A DNA stretch of 64,000 nucleotides. Origin: Catajapyx aquilonaris. Taxonomy: Eukaryota. Every line of letters starts with the position of its first letter. Positions within the stretch are counted from its first letter, which is position 1. Made by a program: the position numbers and the translations under genes. Below the pieces are notes generated by a model. The model was not told where the DNA came from and made no database searches. It was given only the letters and a program-made list of their open reading frames with translations. The stretch spans positions 1 to 64,000 of the forward strand of contig KZ538056.1 in NCBI GenBank assembly GCA_000934665.2, given 5' to 3'. Positions 1-10,602 of the stretch are shown piece by piece.

Positions 1-252
1 AGGAATAGATGAGGACATCTGGGATTATTTTCACCAGGATCCGAGGGGTCTAGCAACATTAGGCCCACTTGATTCGGAAAGAACCCTAGCAAACCGTATA
101 AAGATTTCAAACTATATATCTCTAAACCTCTACGTGATAGAGCAAATCTGTTACCGGATTCGGATTCAGCACCCCAAAATCCATAAAAAGCACAAAAAAG
201 GTTTCAAAAGAGCGAAAGAGAGGGTTTTTTTGTTTTTTTTTGCAGAACCGTG
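1..252 (+). mobile_element. Right end of a Chapaev3-like (CMC superfamily) DNA transposon or MITE, cut by the window edge
   Basis: Subterminal string CTACGTGATAGAGCAAA..CGGATTCGGATTCAGCACCCCAAAA, then a T-rich tract and a terminus ...GCAGAACCGTG followed by TAA (253-255), which fits a TWA target duplication. Family recognised from memory; no database search was run. Confidence 0.5.
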
Positions 253-255
253 TAA

Positions 256-903
256 TTTTTGAACCTGGGGTTTTGGTCAATATCTCGTCAACGGTGCAAG
301 ATATCGCAAAAATAACGACATTTCACCCCCAAAGGGCCACAACCTTTCATGTTTAGCCCGGGTAAGTGTACTTGCACACCAAAAAACGAAAACCCGGAAG
401 TTGCGTCACTTTCGCCCCTGGCGGAGCCGTATGATATTAACCCACATGACTCAGATTTTTTACCTGTCAAAAGAATCGCCCAACACAACTTTTTTCCACT
501 AGCGAACTACAACTTTCGAAAAAAAATGTGTTTTCGAGTACTGTGCGCCAATTGCAAGAGTTGCATGCACCAATATGACTAGGTGAGGCTATACGGCGGC
601 CATTTTGATCGCCATGTTTAATATCTCATTCTATGGACTTCCGACAACGATTTAGGGCCTTTCATTGAATCCAGCATCCCCACAAACATATAATTAGACA
701 CCTAACTTGCATATATTCAGGTAATGAAGGAAATATAAATTTTAAGGCGGCCATTTTTGGAAACATGACCGCCATTTTGTTTTGGGGATAGGTATCAGGT
801 GGCTCCCCTTCCTAAACGTTGACAATAGGTGTGGACATGATGTATGCCAAGTTTGGTGTTCTCCGCATAAAGTGCAGTTTTTTTTTCCTTACTCGCCCAA
901 CTA
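256..903 (+). mobile_element. Non-autonomous DNA transposon remnant, tentatively an Academ-like right end
   Basis: Repeated GGCGGCCATTTT motifs (about 595 and 746, partial near 770) and terminal CATGATGTATGCCAAGTTTGGTG...AAGTGCAG-T-run..CGCCCAACTA ending in CTA. No coding capacity. Left boundary and family are uncertain. Confidence 0.35.
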
Positions 904-1291
904 TTATACTGTCTTGTAAAAGGAATGCATTTTTATCCTCTAGGCCCCTAGCTATACAACTCCGATGGATTCGTAACCTTTGATTCATCACCAAGGCAAC
1001 AGATGAGAAAAATAAGCAGTGTTATTACCGAAGTTTCGCAGCTAAAGTCCGACTACTTGGCAGATGAAGAAATTATACGCATGCAATCCAGGCTCCATCA
1101 CCGTGCCTCTGCTTTTCCGTGCTTCCTTTTAAATCCCATCCAGTGGACCAAGTTCCCCCCTGGTTTCCATAGATACGCCAATTAGCATCGCATGCTCTCC
1201 GTGAATCCAGCATCCAGCTAGCGAGCTGTAGGGCAGCCAGCAGATATTTAATTAGCAATAGCCCAAATCAAAAAAAAGCGAAGGAGGAGGT

Positions 1292-1381
1292 ATGGACTAC
1301 CTGCGGCATGGACTCAACTTTGGAGTTCAGCTCATCCCCGATTGGCTTAATGCCCTGGTATTCATCTACCCCAGGCCTCGG
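1292..1381 (+). CDS. Candidate first coding exon of the SLC6 gene (MDYLRHGLNF...YPRPR)
   Basis: ATG at 1292, 30 open codons, strong phase-0 donor CGG|GTAAGA that matches the phase-0 acceptor at 2142. The peptide has no recognisable homology. Confidence 0.25.
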
Positions 1382-2141
1382 GTAAGATCATATTGTACAA
1401 TTTCTGGCTCTAAGCCTGGTTTCGATCCGTTTACCATTTTCCTCATGCCTACCTGCAGCTCATGAAATATCATTGAGCAGGCTGACATCCTTCTTCAGGC
1501 TATTTTTTTCTATTCAAAAATGTACTTCTACCAGACCGACAAAATGTCTCAGGTCGTGTCTTGTAGAAGTCGCACAAATATGCAAATTATTTACGTCTTA
1601 AAGGTAATGTGCTATACTCCTGTCCGACCAGATGAAAAGGTCTCATTTAAAACATGAATTTAGCTCGGGATGTACTTCAGTGACGGCAAATTGCCAAAAT
1701 AATGACTAACGTCAAAGGGCCTGCGATTTGCCAGAGTATTTTTGAGTTCTTCATTTGTTAGGGATCCGCCAAATCCGGTTACCTGCCCTTGATGGGCTTG
1801 GGCCACGACGACTTTGAATTCCAGCCTTCATTTGCATAATTTTCCCTAGTGCACTGCCTTTATTCAGAAAAGGGGGGGAATTATGATTCGCTTTTCTTTG
1901 GGAAAACTAATTTGTGCTATTGCACAAAATAAAGGTTAAACGTGTTAAACAGGCAAGTAAGTAGTTATTAAAATGTATCCATAATACTGCCTTTCACATA
2001 TTGACATGTCTGGCCATTTCTCAGGTGTACTCAAAATGCATTTTATGAACATTCCCATGGCATCAGTTTGTTCACGATATTATTTTCTGTATGCAAGATA
2101 AAGGATGAGTGAATGATGGACACCCGTGGTGTGAATTTCAG

Positions 2142-2638
2142 ATCGCCCCAGAGAGGTCGCGGCAGCAGTGGTCCAGTCCGCTAGACTTTTTGATGTCATC
2201 GATCTCGATGTCGGTGGGTTTGGGCAATATATGGCGCTTCCCATACACAGCTTATAAGAACGGCGGAGGAGCCTTCCTCATCCCTTACGGGATCGTCCTC
2301 ATGCTCATGAGCAAGCCTCTGTACCTGCTGGAACAAATCCTGGGGCAATTCGCCAGCTACGGACCAGTCAAGGTGTGGGACATGGCGCCTTGCTTCCGCG
2401 GTGTCGGATACGGGCTGATGATAGGAAACATCTTGGTCTACACCTACTTCTGCGCCCTCATGGGCTTGGCGCTCTTCTACGTGGCCGTCTCATTCAACTA
2501 TGAACTGCCTTGGACCACATGTCCGGTCAAGCATGACGAGGACAATCACTACCTGTGCGTTATCAGCGGCAATGTAGCTAAAGATAACAGTACACTCTCT
2601 TCATTACGCAGTATGGGACCCGCGGAGTACTACTACAC
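2142..2638 (+). CDS. SLC6 exon: TM1-TM3 and EL2
   Basis: Acceptor tttcag|ATC, donor AC|gtgcgt; IAPERSRQQW...GLGNIWRFPY...PAEYYYT. Confidence 0.9.
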
Positions 2639-5600
2639 GTGCGTAGCAACGTTTTTACATGTGATTTTTATGTGCCCATCAAGAGGCGGTGATAATAATG
2701 TAGACCAGTGCTTCCCAAATTGTGGGTGGGGGGGGGGGGNNNNNNGGGTAACAAATTATTTTCACAAAATGACGCTATCTTTCTTGAAAATCATGACCAT
2801 AAGGTAAGGCCATTTCACTATTTACCTGTCTGAACCTGCCTTTAGTAACTACTGAAAACCAGTTGATTGAAAGATAAATGAGATAGTTATAGTATTTTAT
2901 TTTATTTTACATTTCTATTACCCCGTGATAACCATATTATGGTTTATAGGGGAGTGGATTACCATCATATAGAGTAATTTTTTCTACTTTTCTTCAATCA
3001 CCGTGCAAGGGATAATGGATGTAGAGTAGGGATAGGGATTATATTGTTGGGGAGGGGGCACTGTGCAGGTGCAATGTCTTAAACGTTTGGGCCATGTGCA
3101 GTCCCCCAGGAGGTTATGTTGCCAGACACCTCCAAGGTGCAGGTCAGAGATTTTGTTGGTGTGATTACCATGGAAACAGACCGTGCGAAGAACGGGCTCC
3201 GCTGCTAGTAATAAATAAAATGCGTTGCAAGAAGTATTCCATCCGATTCCACCTCAAGTGAACAATATGCAAGTGGCAACATATTTTATAACCCCAATAT
3301 AACCATAAAATTAGTATATGCTTTTATAAAGACACAGTGTAAAGAAGTATAAAGAAAGTTATCGGTCTGATCATTAATTAATTATCTATATTTAAGTCTG
3401 GAAATTATAAAATTTCACACTTATCGATCAACGCCTCTCGATTAAGTTTATATTCCATGATGAGAAATGCTGTTAATCCCATTTAAAATAGGTTCCTACT
3501 TCTGGCATGTGGGGAATTCGTTTTACATCCAGCACGTACTTAATTTTTCAAAAGTAAATGTAGTTTTCTTTTTGGGTGGCATTGTTGTTTGATCTTGAAT
3601 CGTATTTTCATTGATCTCAGTATATTTCATGTCTGGTGCATTTGTGATGTATCACATTTCTTTTCCATTAGCCATGACGTAATCAGAGAGAGGCCCGATG
3701 GTCTGGACCGGGGTTTGGGAGAACCGGAGTGGCGACTAAGCCTGGCCTTGGTACTATCTTGGTTACTTGTCACCCTGGTGATTATTAGAGGAGTTCATAG
3801 CTCTGGAAAAGTGGCTTACTTTACAGCTCTTTTCCCATACATTGTCTTGTTCATATTCCTCATACAAGGTGTGCTCTTGCCAGGTGCAGGCAAGGGAATC
3901 CTGTACTTTGTCAAACCCACTCTTGCCTCCATAATTTCGCCTCAGGTATGTATAGGAACCAAACTGCTAGTCTGCTAGTTGCCTACTGCACAACCAACCA
4001 GTAAAATTGCACCTCGTAACTTTTGGATCTACTGTTAGACCATGTTTGAAGTGAATACCAAATAATAATATCCCCACCACCCACTAAGGCCACCCCAACC
4101 AAGCCAGATATGACACATATATCATCATTCAATTCAGAAACAGGTAGCTCCAAAGTTACAAAGCACAATTTCGAAACTCTAATTTGGTCGCACAGTAGTT
4201 ATTGCTGAAAAATATGGATTCATCTTTTTACATGGCACGTTGCTATGCTGTGTCACAGGGGGTCACACGCCTTTATATCTTACAGGTGTGGTATGAGGCT
4301 ATGAAGCAGTCATTTTACTCTCTGAGCATCGGATTTGGAGCGATTATTATGAATTCGTCCTACAATAACTTCCATCATAGCATTTACAGGTTGGTAGATT
4401 GCAAATGATATGCTAAAGTGGCTAAATGACATGGGCTATGTGTCTTTTGCACTCGTGAGTTATTGTTTGCTTGATTTTATTCATTGTTTAAACTCACATC
4501 CGCAATTTGTTGCGAGAATATCGCTAACATTAAGGAAGCCTACTGTAATCGTCTTACCTATTTGATATACTGTAAATATATACATGCATCGTTTCCTCGC
4601 GAATCTCTCATGTTAGGGTATAAAGAGCCGATGTGCTCAGTCACTGCTGGTACTCGTCACTTGCAAGCTAATTATGTTCTTGATTAATATAGGGATACTC
4701 TTGTAATCAGTCTGTTGGACACGTTCACCAGTCTCCTTGCTGGCTGCACCGTATTTGCCATCCTAGGGAATTTGGCGGAGGAACTACACCGCGAGATTCC
4801 CGAAGTAGTATCAGAAGGAACAAAGCTGGCCTTCGTTACGTATTCTGCAGCCATTGGAAAATTTCCCTTTGCCCGTCAGGTAGGTCTATGACTGTCCAAG
4901 GAGCTTTCTACGCTAGAGAAATTTCTGACTTAATAGCATATACCATACGGCAATTATTATTAGTCTGTAAAATTTCTAACATGAATAATATTGCTATGAC
5001 TACCATTAGAGATTTCACTACAGCCAGAAATCAGGCTTGCTAGGGCAACGATCCTATAAAACCATACGTTCATTATAACCTGTGCATTTTTAAAATTCAC
5101 TTCAGCTCTTCTCGGTGCTCTTCTTTCTGATGCTGTTCACGCTAGGTGCTGGTAGCAACGTGTCCATGGTCTCCTGCACTGTCACCATTATATGCGACCA
5201 ATTTCCCAAGTGGAAAGCATGGATTGTAACTGTCACAATCTGCGCCACTTCATGCCTCGTTGGGATCGTTTTTGTTACTCCCGTAAGTTTTGTAACCACA
5301 TACCATGGTTTTCCAAAAAGTCATGTACCAGTACCAGTTCATCGTCAGAGTTTATTCTCTGGAGTCATTCCTTTTAAGTCTCTGTCAGGACACGGTGAAC
5401 AGAGCCATTTCACATACTCGTCCCCATTCCCTTAGACTCTTAGAGACATAACATAACTAAAAGATATCAATCAATATTTAAATTTATGACGTGTTTGACA
5501 CATCTTTTAAGGTATACGTATCAATCCGTAAAATACCTGTACATGACCGCAAAGAAGGGCAGCCATATATTATTTAATGATACAGCATAATTATTTTTAC

Positions 5601-7556
5601 ATGCAGATCAAAATTGTGCCTTTCAATAACTGCACTGACATCGATCGTGAAATGTATTGTAATTAATTTGAATAATACTGTATAGACTTTAGGGATAAAA
5701 TCGCTTGGAATATGATATAGGAAACAGACAGGGAGTGGAGAGGGAGGGGGGACAGGGCTAGGGGTGAGGGACATGATGAGAGCGTCTGTCATAGAACTGG
5801 GTCTTGCTTTCTGATTCGATCAAGACATGCCTGGTCGAGCACGCCTTGGAGCAAGCTTGGGGTAGCTTACTGTACGCCCTTCGGTATACTGTATTTCTCG
5901 CAAAGTTGGCTTAATAGTTATTTAAAACGATCACAGGCCATCGAACTTATTCCGATGTTCCGATTCTTTTATTAAGTCACAAATTTTTAATTTACATTAC
6001 AGGCATACTACGGATACCTGTATAGTAGGTACGGTCATGTGCTGCTACATTCTTATTAGGCTAGAGTCCAATGTTAACTGAGAGACAAATTGCTTCATCT
6101 TTAAAGAAGCTGTCAATTAAGTTGCTTAAAAGTGCGTCAATTCACCCACTCCTTCAGTGAGGAGAGTTCTCTTAAGAGGTACTGTACTGAAATAAATGAA
6201 GTTACAAGACCTCCATAAAAGCTGGTTCAAGTCTGTGAAGAAGTGAGTGCTCCAGCTTCCGGACAAAAATTGCCCCATAGCTTAATTACCGGCCAGCTAA
6301 TATCCCCAGCGGCTTCATTACTCACTTGGCTTCTGGTCGGTTGAGTTCGCTCCTGGACCCGCCCCTGGGCCAAGCAACGGCCTTGATTTATTTACTAACC
6401 TGAGTGTCCTTCCGGGAGATGCCTGTAACCACTCCGTCTGTTGACCTAGAATTAGTCGGAGTGGGCGCTGCTAGACCACCAAGCAGCTCTGCCAATCCGG
6501 AAAAGAACTTCCAAAATCTACCCTATATAGACTTACTCTACTCCAGCAGATTAATTGCAAGTTGAGTCGTGCTGGAGTAATCCAAGGCGTTAGACTAGTG
6601 TAGTTGTTAGCTTTACCACCTATTTCAGCGTAAGTGTCTTCTAAGAATTCAATTGTTCTCACTATAAACTGCCTTTTTCGTCAGGGAGGACTGCTGATAC
6701 TTTTTTTGGTGGATTATTACACTAGCTTCATCTTCTTCATCCTCATCCTTCTGGAGGTTATTGGTGTCAGCTGGATTTACGGTGAGTTGAGTTTTTGACT
6801 CTCTATTGCACTGCTGAATGCACGCATGTGCATGGATTGTTTTAACAGAATTGGCATTGCTTTTTGGGTAACTAACATCGGCGAATAAGACCCAATCTAC
6901 CATAGGGTGCCAGATTTACTAAAAACTGATAACAAGATTACACTGTTCTGCAATGTTTATATGACTGCATTTCACATATTTATATGCAGGAGTGAGAAAT
7001 ATATGCAAGGATGCGGAGTTCATGCTGAATCGCAAGATCGGCTGGTATTTGAAATTGTCTTGGGGAATATTTATACCAGTCGGCCTTTTATTTATCTTCG
7101 TCTACACCCTAATCGACTTTGAGCCACCAATTAGTGGCAAATACAAATTCCCTATAGTCGCAAGAGGTCAGTCTTATCATTGTGTTACATTGAATTCTGA
7201 CATAACAGTGATTGACATCATTCTGCTTCTTTAAAAAATATAGCTATAGGTTGGTCAGTGGTAGCAGTTGCACTTCTTCAAGTTCCAATCTGGGCTGTTC
7301 ACGCCATGTACACCAGCCCGGAAACAGGCTTCGTAAACGTACGTATAGCTTCACGGCCACTTAAAATACATTTGTGTTTGCTTTTGTGCCTTCTTCTGAG
7401 AGTAACCGACAATGACTATATGTGCAGAAACTGAGAGACTCACTTCGTCCGAAGCCAGACTGGGGTCCAAAAAATCATGATGACAGAGACCAGTGGATAA
7501 AATTCAGGAAAAAGACCGAATCCATCCAAACCATTCCCTCAACTTCATCACCCTAA
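2142..7556 (+). CDS. SLC6 sodium-dependent nutrient amino acid transporter (NAT/NAAT1-like), spliced gene, start exon uncertain
   Basis: join(2142-2638,3672-3945,4286-4389,4693-4879,5106-5282,6685-6781,6990-7166,7244-7338,7428-7556) = 1737 nt, 578 aa plus TAA, all introns GT-AG with matching phases. SLC6 motifs: RQQW, SVGLGNIWRFP, NGGGAFLIPY, LEQILGQF, LPWTTC, SGKVAYFTALFPY, QSFYSL, DTFTS, FFLMLFTLG, WIYG, DWGP. Gly rather than Asp in TM1 indicates an amino-acid substrate. Confidence 0.93.
2706..2748 (+). mobile_element. Left end of a hAT (Charlie/Buster-type) MITE-like element in an SLC6 intron
   Basis: CAGTGCTTCCCAAATTGTGGG directly preceded by ATGTAGAC, which fits the nnnTAnnn 8-bp target preference. 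It runs into a poly-G/N gap and no matching right TIR was found. Confidence 0.35.
3181..3208 (+). mobile_element. Helitron-like 3' terminus
   Basis: CCGTGC-GAA-GAACGG hairpin (one mismatch), about 9-nt spacer, CTAG at 3205-3208 followed by T. 5' end not located. Confidence 0.45.
3672..3945 (+). CDS. SLC6 exon: end of EL2, TM4-TM5
   Basis: Acceptor attag|C, donor CAG|gtatgt; HDVIRERPDGL...SSGKVAYFTALFPY...ISPQ. Confidence 0.92.
4286..4389 (+). CDS. SLC6 exon: TM6
   Basis: tacag|GTG...AG|gttggt; VWYEAMKQSFYSLSIGFGAIIMNSSYN. Confidence 0.92.
4693..4879 (+). CDS. SLC6 exon: TM7 and EL4 (not in the ORF track)
   Basis: tatag|G...CAG|gtaggt; DTLVISLLDTFTSLLAGCTVFAILGNLA...LAFVTY...FARQ. Confidence 0.92.
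5106..5282 (+). CDS. SLC6 exon: TM8-TM9
   Basis: ttcag|CTC...CCC|gtaagt; LFSVLFFLMLFTLGAGSN...IVFVTP. Confidence 0.92.
6685..6781 (+). CDS. SLC6 exon: TM10 (not in the ORF track)
   Basis: gtcag|GGA...G|gtgagt; GGLLILFLVDYY...LEVIGVSWIYG. Confidence 0.92.
6990..7166 (+). CDS. SLC6 exon: TM11
   Basis: tgcag|GA...G|gtcagt; VRNICKDAEFML...WYLKLSW...YKFPIVAR. Confidence 0.92.
7244..7338 (+). CDS. SLC6 exon: TM12
   Basis: tatag|CT...AAC|gtacgt; IGWSVVAVALLQVPIWAV. Confidence 0.88.
7428..7556 (+). CDS. SLC6 terminal exon
   Basis: tgcag|AAA; KLRDSLRPKPDWGPKN...TSSP, TAA at 7554-7556. Confidence 0.88.
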   Translation, partial: KLRDSLRPKPDWGPKNHDDRDQWIKFRKKTESIQTIPSTSSP

Positions 7557-7597
7557 CAAATTAAGCAAACATATCTATGAAATTAAGGTAGTGCATA

Positions 7598-7603
7598 ATT
7601 AAA
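7598..7603 (+). terminator. Candidate poly(A) signal (ATTAAA) of the SLC6 gene
   Basis: Variant hexamer about 40 nt after the stop, with GT/T-rich sequence downstream. Confidence 0.3.
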
Positions 7604-10596
7604 TACCGTGCAATGAGCGTGCTTTATTTTAATTCAGTGTCATCAAAGGTAGGGAAAACTATTGCTTACATCACAGACAGAGCGATTATTTTATTTTTGC
7701 CGGTTTTTCCCCAAGGCAATAACCTTGCAGGAGGCCCCATTTGTTTCTGTTATAAGGACGGACAAAATGGGACCATTTATGCGCACACTGGAGCCAAGTA
7801 GGGCGTCCTTCGCCATCCCAGAGGAAACTCGTGACCCACAACAGTTTGTCTCCCTTTTTGACTCTTGATGATGAGCCGTCCGCATCGTTTCACTGTGGAG
7901 TAGGACAAAAAGGAATAGGAGCCGGGAATGTCGCAACTCGTTGAAGAACAGAGTGGGCGAGGATATGGTCTAGGGGGCGGGGAAAGAGGGAACTCGACTG
8001 TGGTTCTGTTGGGAAAGGTAAACTGAGCTGGAAAAAAGCACACTTAGCACTATCAGGACATGAGTGCGGTTTTTCCCTGTGGGCTACCTGGGTTTATTTT
8101 CACCATATAGGAAACAATGAAGGAGCACTCTGGCTGCAGTAACCATTCCTCATGATGGAAATGGCTGTGTGAGAAAGGGTCAGTTCCGATGATGTCTTCT
8201 CTGCACTTGCTTAAGAGAGAAATGAATGTGCTCTCTGGGAATGGAGGAGTCCAAATGAAACATGTTGTTACATAACTCAAGAGGACTGTCCGCAAGCCAG
8301 GCGACCCCAAATTATGGTAAAGCCGCCTAATCCCAGCAGACCACGCGACAGTCTTGTAATTGCCTGAGTGAGAAAAGTGAACAAAAAAATGAGAGAGAGA
8401 GTGGAAAGAACCAGAGAAGACAGCGGAATTTCTACTATGATAGGTCTGGTTGCGTTTCGCTTCAGCACGCAATAAGAAAGAATGGTGGAAAGAGAGAACT
8501 GCCAAAAATAATATCACAGTCGAGCCTGGAAAGAAGTGGAAGAGGCCCTGCTATATAGCTTGTTTTCTCGTGTATCCAGGTTGAGAAAGGTCGATACCAC
8601 GGCGTTTCATGACGCTGCACAGCTGTACTAAATGGAACTCACCTGCACTGCATGAACCTTTAATAGTTTAGACAGGATTTTCCTCTTTTTTGTCCCCTTC
8701 CGTTTAGAAGCGGAAAGAAAAAGGTACTTTTACTACAGCGAGATCAATATTTCTCACAAACATGATAATAAAGGGTCTACCATTGTAAACGCTCCAGACA
8801 AAATGACTGACAATATTTTGCGAGGAAAATGTGGCTTTATATCAGACAGCATCATTATGTATTCTCATTTCCTAGTTTCAGAGCAGGTTACTGTAAGATG
8901 AGAGACGCCATTAGTGACGTATTAGCAATGCCGAATAGCGCACAACATGTCATTAATATTGCGTATTTGTAGGCATCAAAGTAGAAAGTTGGTTGCTTGA
9001 TATGCCCGTTCCAACCGAGCAGAATAGAAGGCTTCTGGTGGTTGGAGGAAAGCGATGAGTCGGATAGCAAGATGCTGAGATGTGTATGAATCTAGGCTCG
9101 TGCAATGACTGCCAAAGAGAGGAGGGGTAGAAAAGGAGGGGGCAGACGGAGGAAGAGGACTGTCGGAATGGGACTCGCGGGAGAGGATTGGAGATAGATC
9201 TTTCATCGCTCATCAGACAGAAGTTGCGCGCGGGTTCAGGAGAAGTGGAGCGATTCCGAAAAGCTTTCCCAAGAGAGACACAAAGCTGCAGATAGATGCA
9301 GTCTGAGGTCCCAACCTTAGTTGCCTCATTTCCCTTCATCCCTTTCCTTCCTTCCTTCCTCCCCCTTTTGCAGCTGGTTCTTCCTCCCATTGGTCTTGAT
9401 CTTCAACCGCCACCGCTCTCCCCAAACCCCTAGCAGCTACCTCATCGATTTTGCAGACCAAAAGTCTTGCCAATAGGCCCGCTAGTCTGTCTAGCTACTT
9501 ACCTACTTACCATGGCATCCTAGCCACCTCGAGTCCACTTCAGGAATTGCTCATTAGCTGAGGCTGCCGCGGGGAAGGCGCAACTTTTCGCCTTTACAGC
9601 CCCTCTCTGCTTTGAACACTCGACAGCCAGTACGAGGCTGGCTGCCTTGCTTGCTTGCTTGCCCTCCAAGTTTTCTCTTCAGGATCGCCTAACATGCTGG
9701 CTGTCTCACCCTCAACTCCACTTTTGCCTAGGCCATTTGCCAACTTTGTCCAAATACGCGAGTCACCTGAGTGTCATGGCCTGGGGAGATGGTGCGTTTG
9801 GTCTACAAAGTTGCATGGTTAATGTGTTTGCAAGAATGGGGTTGTCACTTGTGGACTGTCTTGACCTGGGTAAGAGAGTGGCACAATAGAGCTTTTGACA
9901 CCCATCAGGGTGGTGTTGCGAGGTCCTTAAATTGTGTATTTAGAGTTTAAGAGTGAGCGTGCTGTGAATTTTTGTGTTTATTTCTCCACTGGGTATAAGA
10001 ACCCTTATTTTGCTCCGAAGTTGTTTCGGAGTAGGAGAGAAGAGAGAAGTATATAAGAAAGCGAAGGGTGAAAGAATGGCAGGAGGGGGGATGGGAAGGA
10101 GGCAGTCAGGTATGTGAAGAACGAGAGTGAGTTGTGCGGTTAAGCCTTAGGGTTGGTAAGGGATCAGCAGAGTGGTAGAAAAGTATCTGTGAGATCTGGT
10201 ATCTGGGGCTTCGGTGGAATTCCTGGCGTGCCCCAAGAACAGAAGGAGAGCCCCGGAGGATTCCGGACTTTTCCTTCTCCGTACAGCACGTGACTTCCAA
10301 CCTCAAAATATTTTTTTATCCCTTCTTTAGCTTTGGACTTGCTCCTAACGCCCTTGTCTCATTGCCAAAAAATGCGATATTATACCTAAAAAAATCAATT
10401 GGTGATTTAAGTCTAACACCAACCTCAATTGTCAATGAACTGAATACGAGAACAATTAAGCGACATTACTTTTTATTAGGTGCATTAACGGATTGTAGAG
10501 TCTTTTTCCAATAATAAGCCCCAGGGTATTATAAGCTTGAAGCACCCCTGAAATCGATAGAAAAGAAAAGAAAAACGCAACAGGAAGATGAACCGT

Positions 10597-10602
10597 TTTA
10601 TT
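10597..10602 (-). terminator. Candidate poly(A) signal (AATAAA) of the CUB gene
   Basis: AATAAA on the - strand about 1.16 kb after the stop, followed about 20 nt later by a U-rich tract (plus-strand A-rich 10560-10580). Alternatives at 11254-11259 and 7623-7628. Confidence 0.35.

Noticed and set aside
3338..3350. TGTAAAGAAGTAT, a partial match to mature miR-1
   Set aside because: The seed region is missing and there is no precursor hairpin.
9190..9225. Hammerhead-like core CTGATGA-gcgat-GAAA on the minus strand
   Set aside because: Stem II is essentially absent and the stem I arms do not pair.
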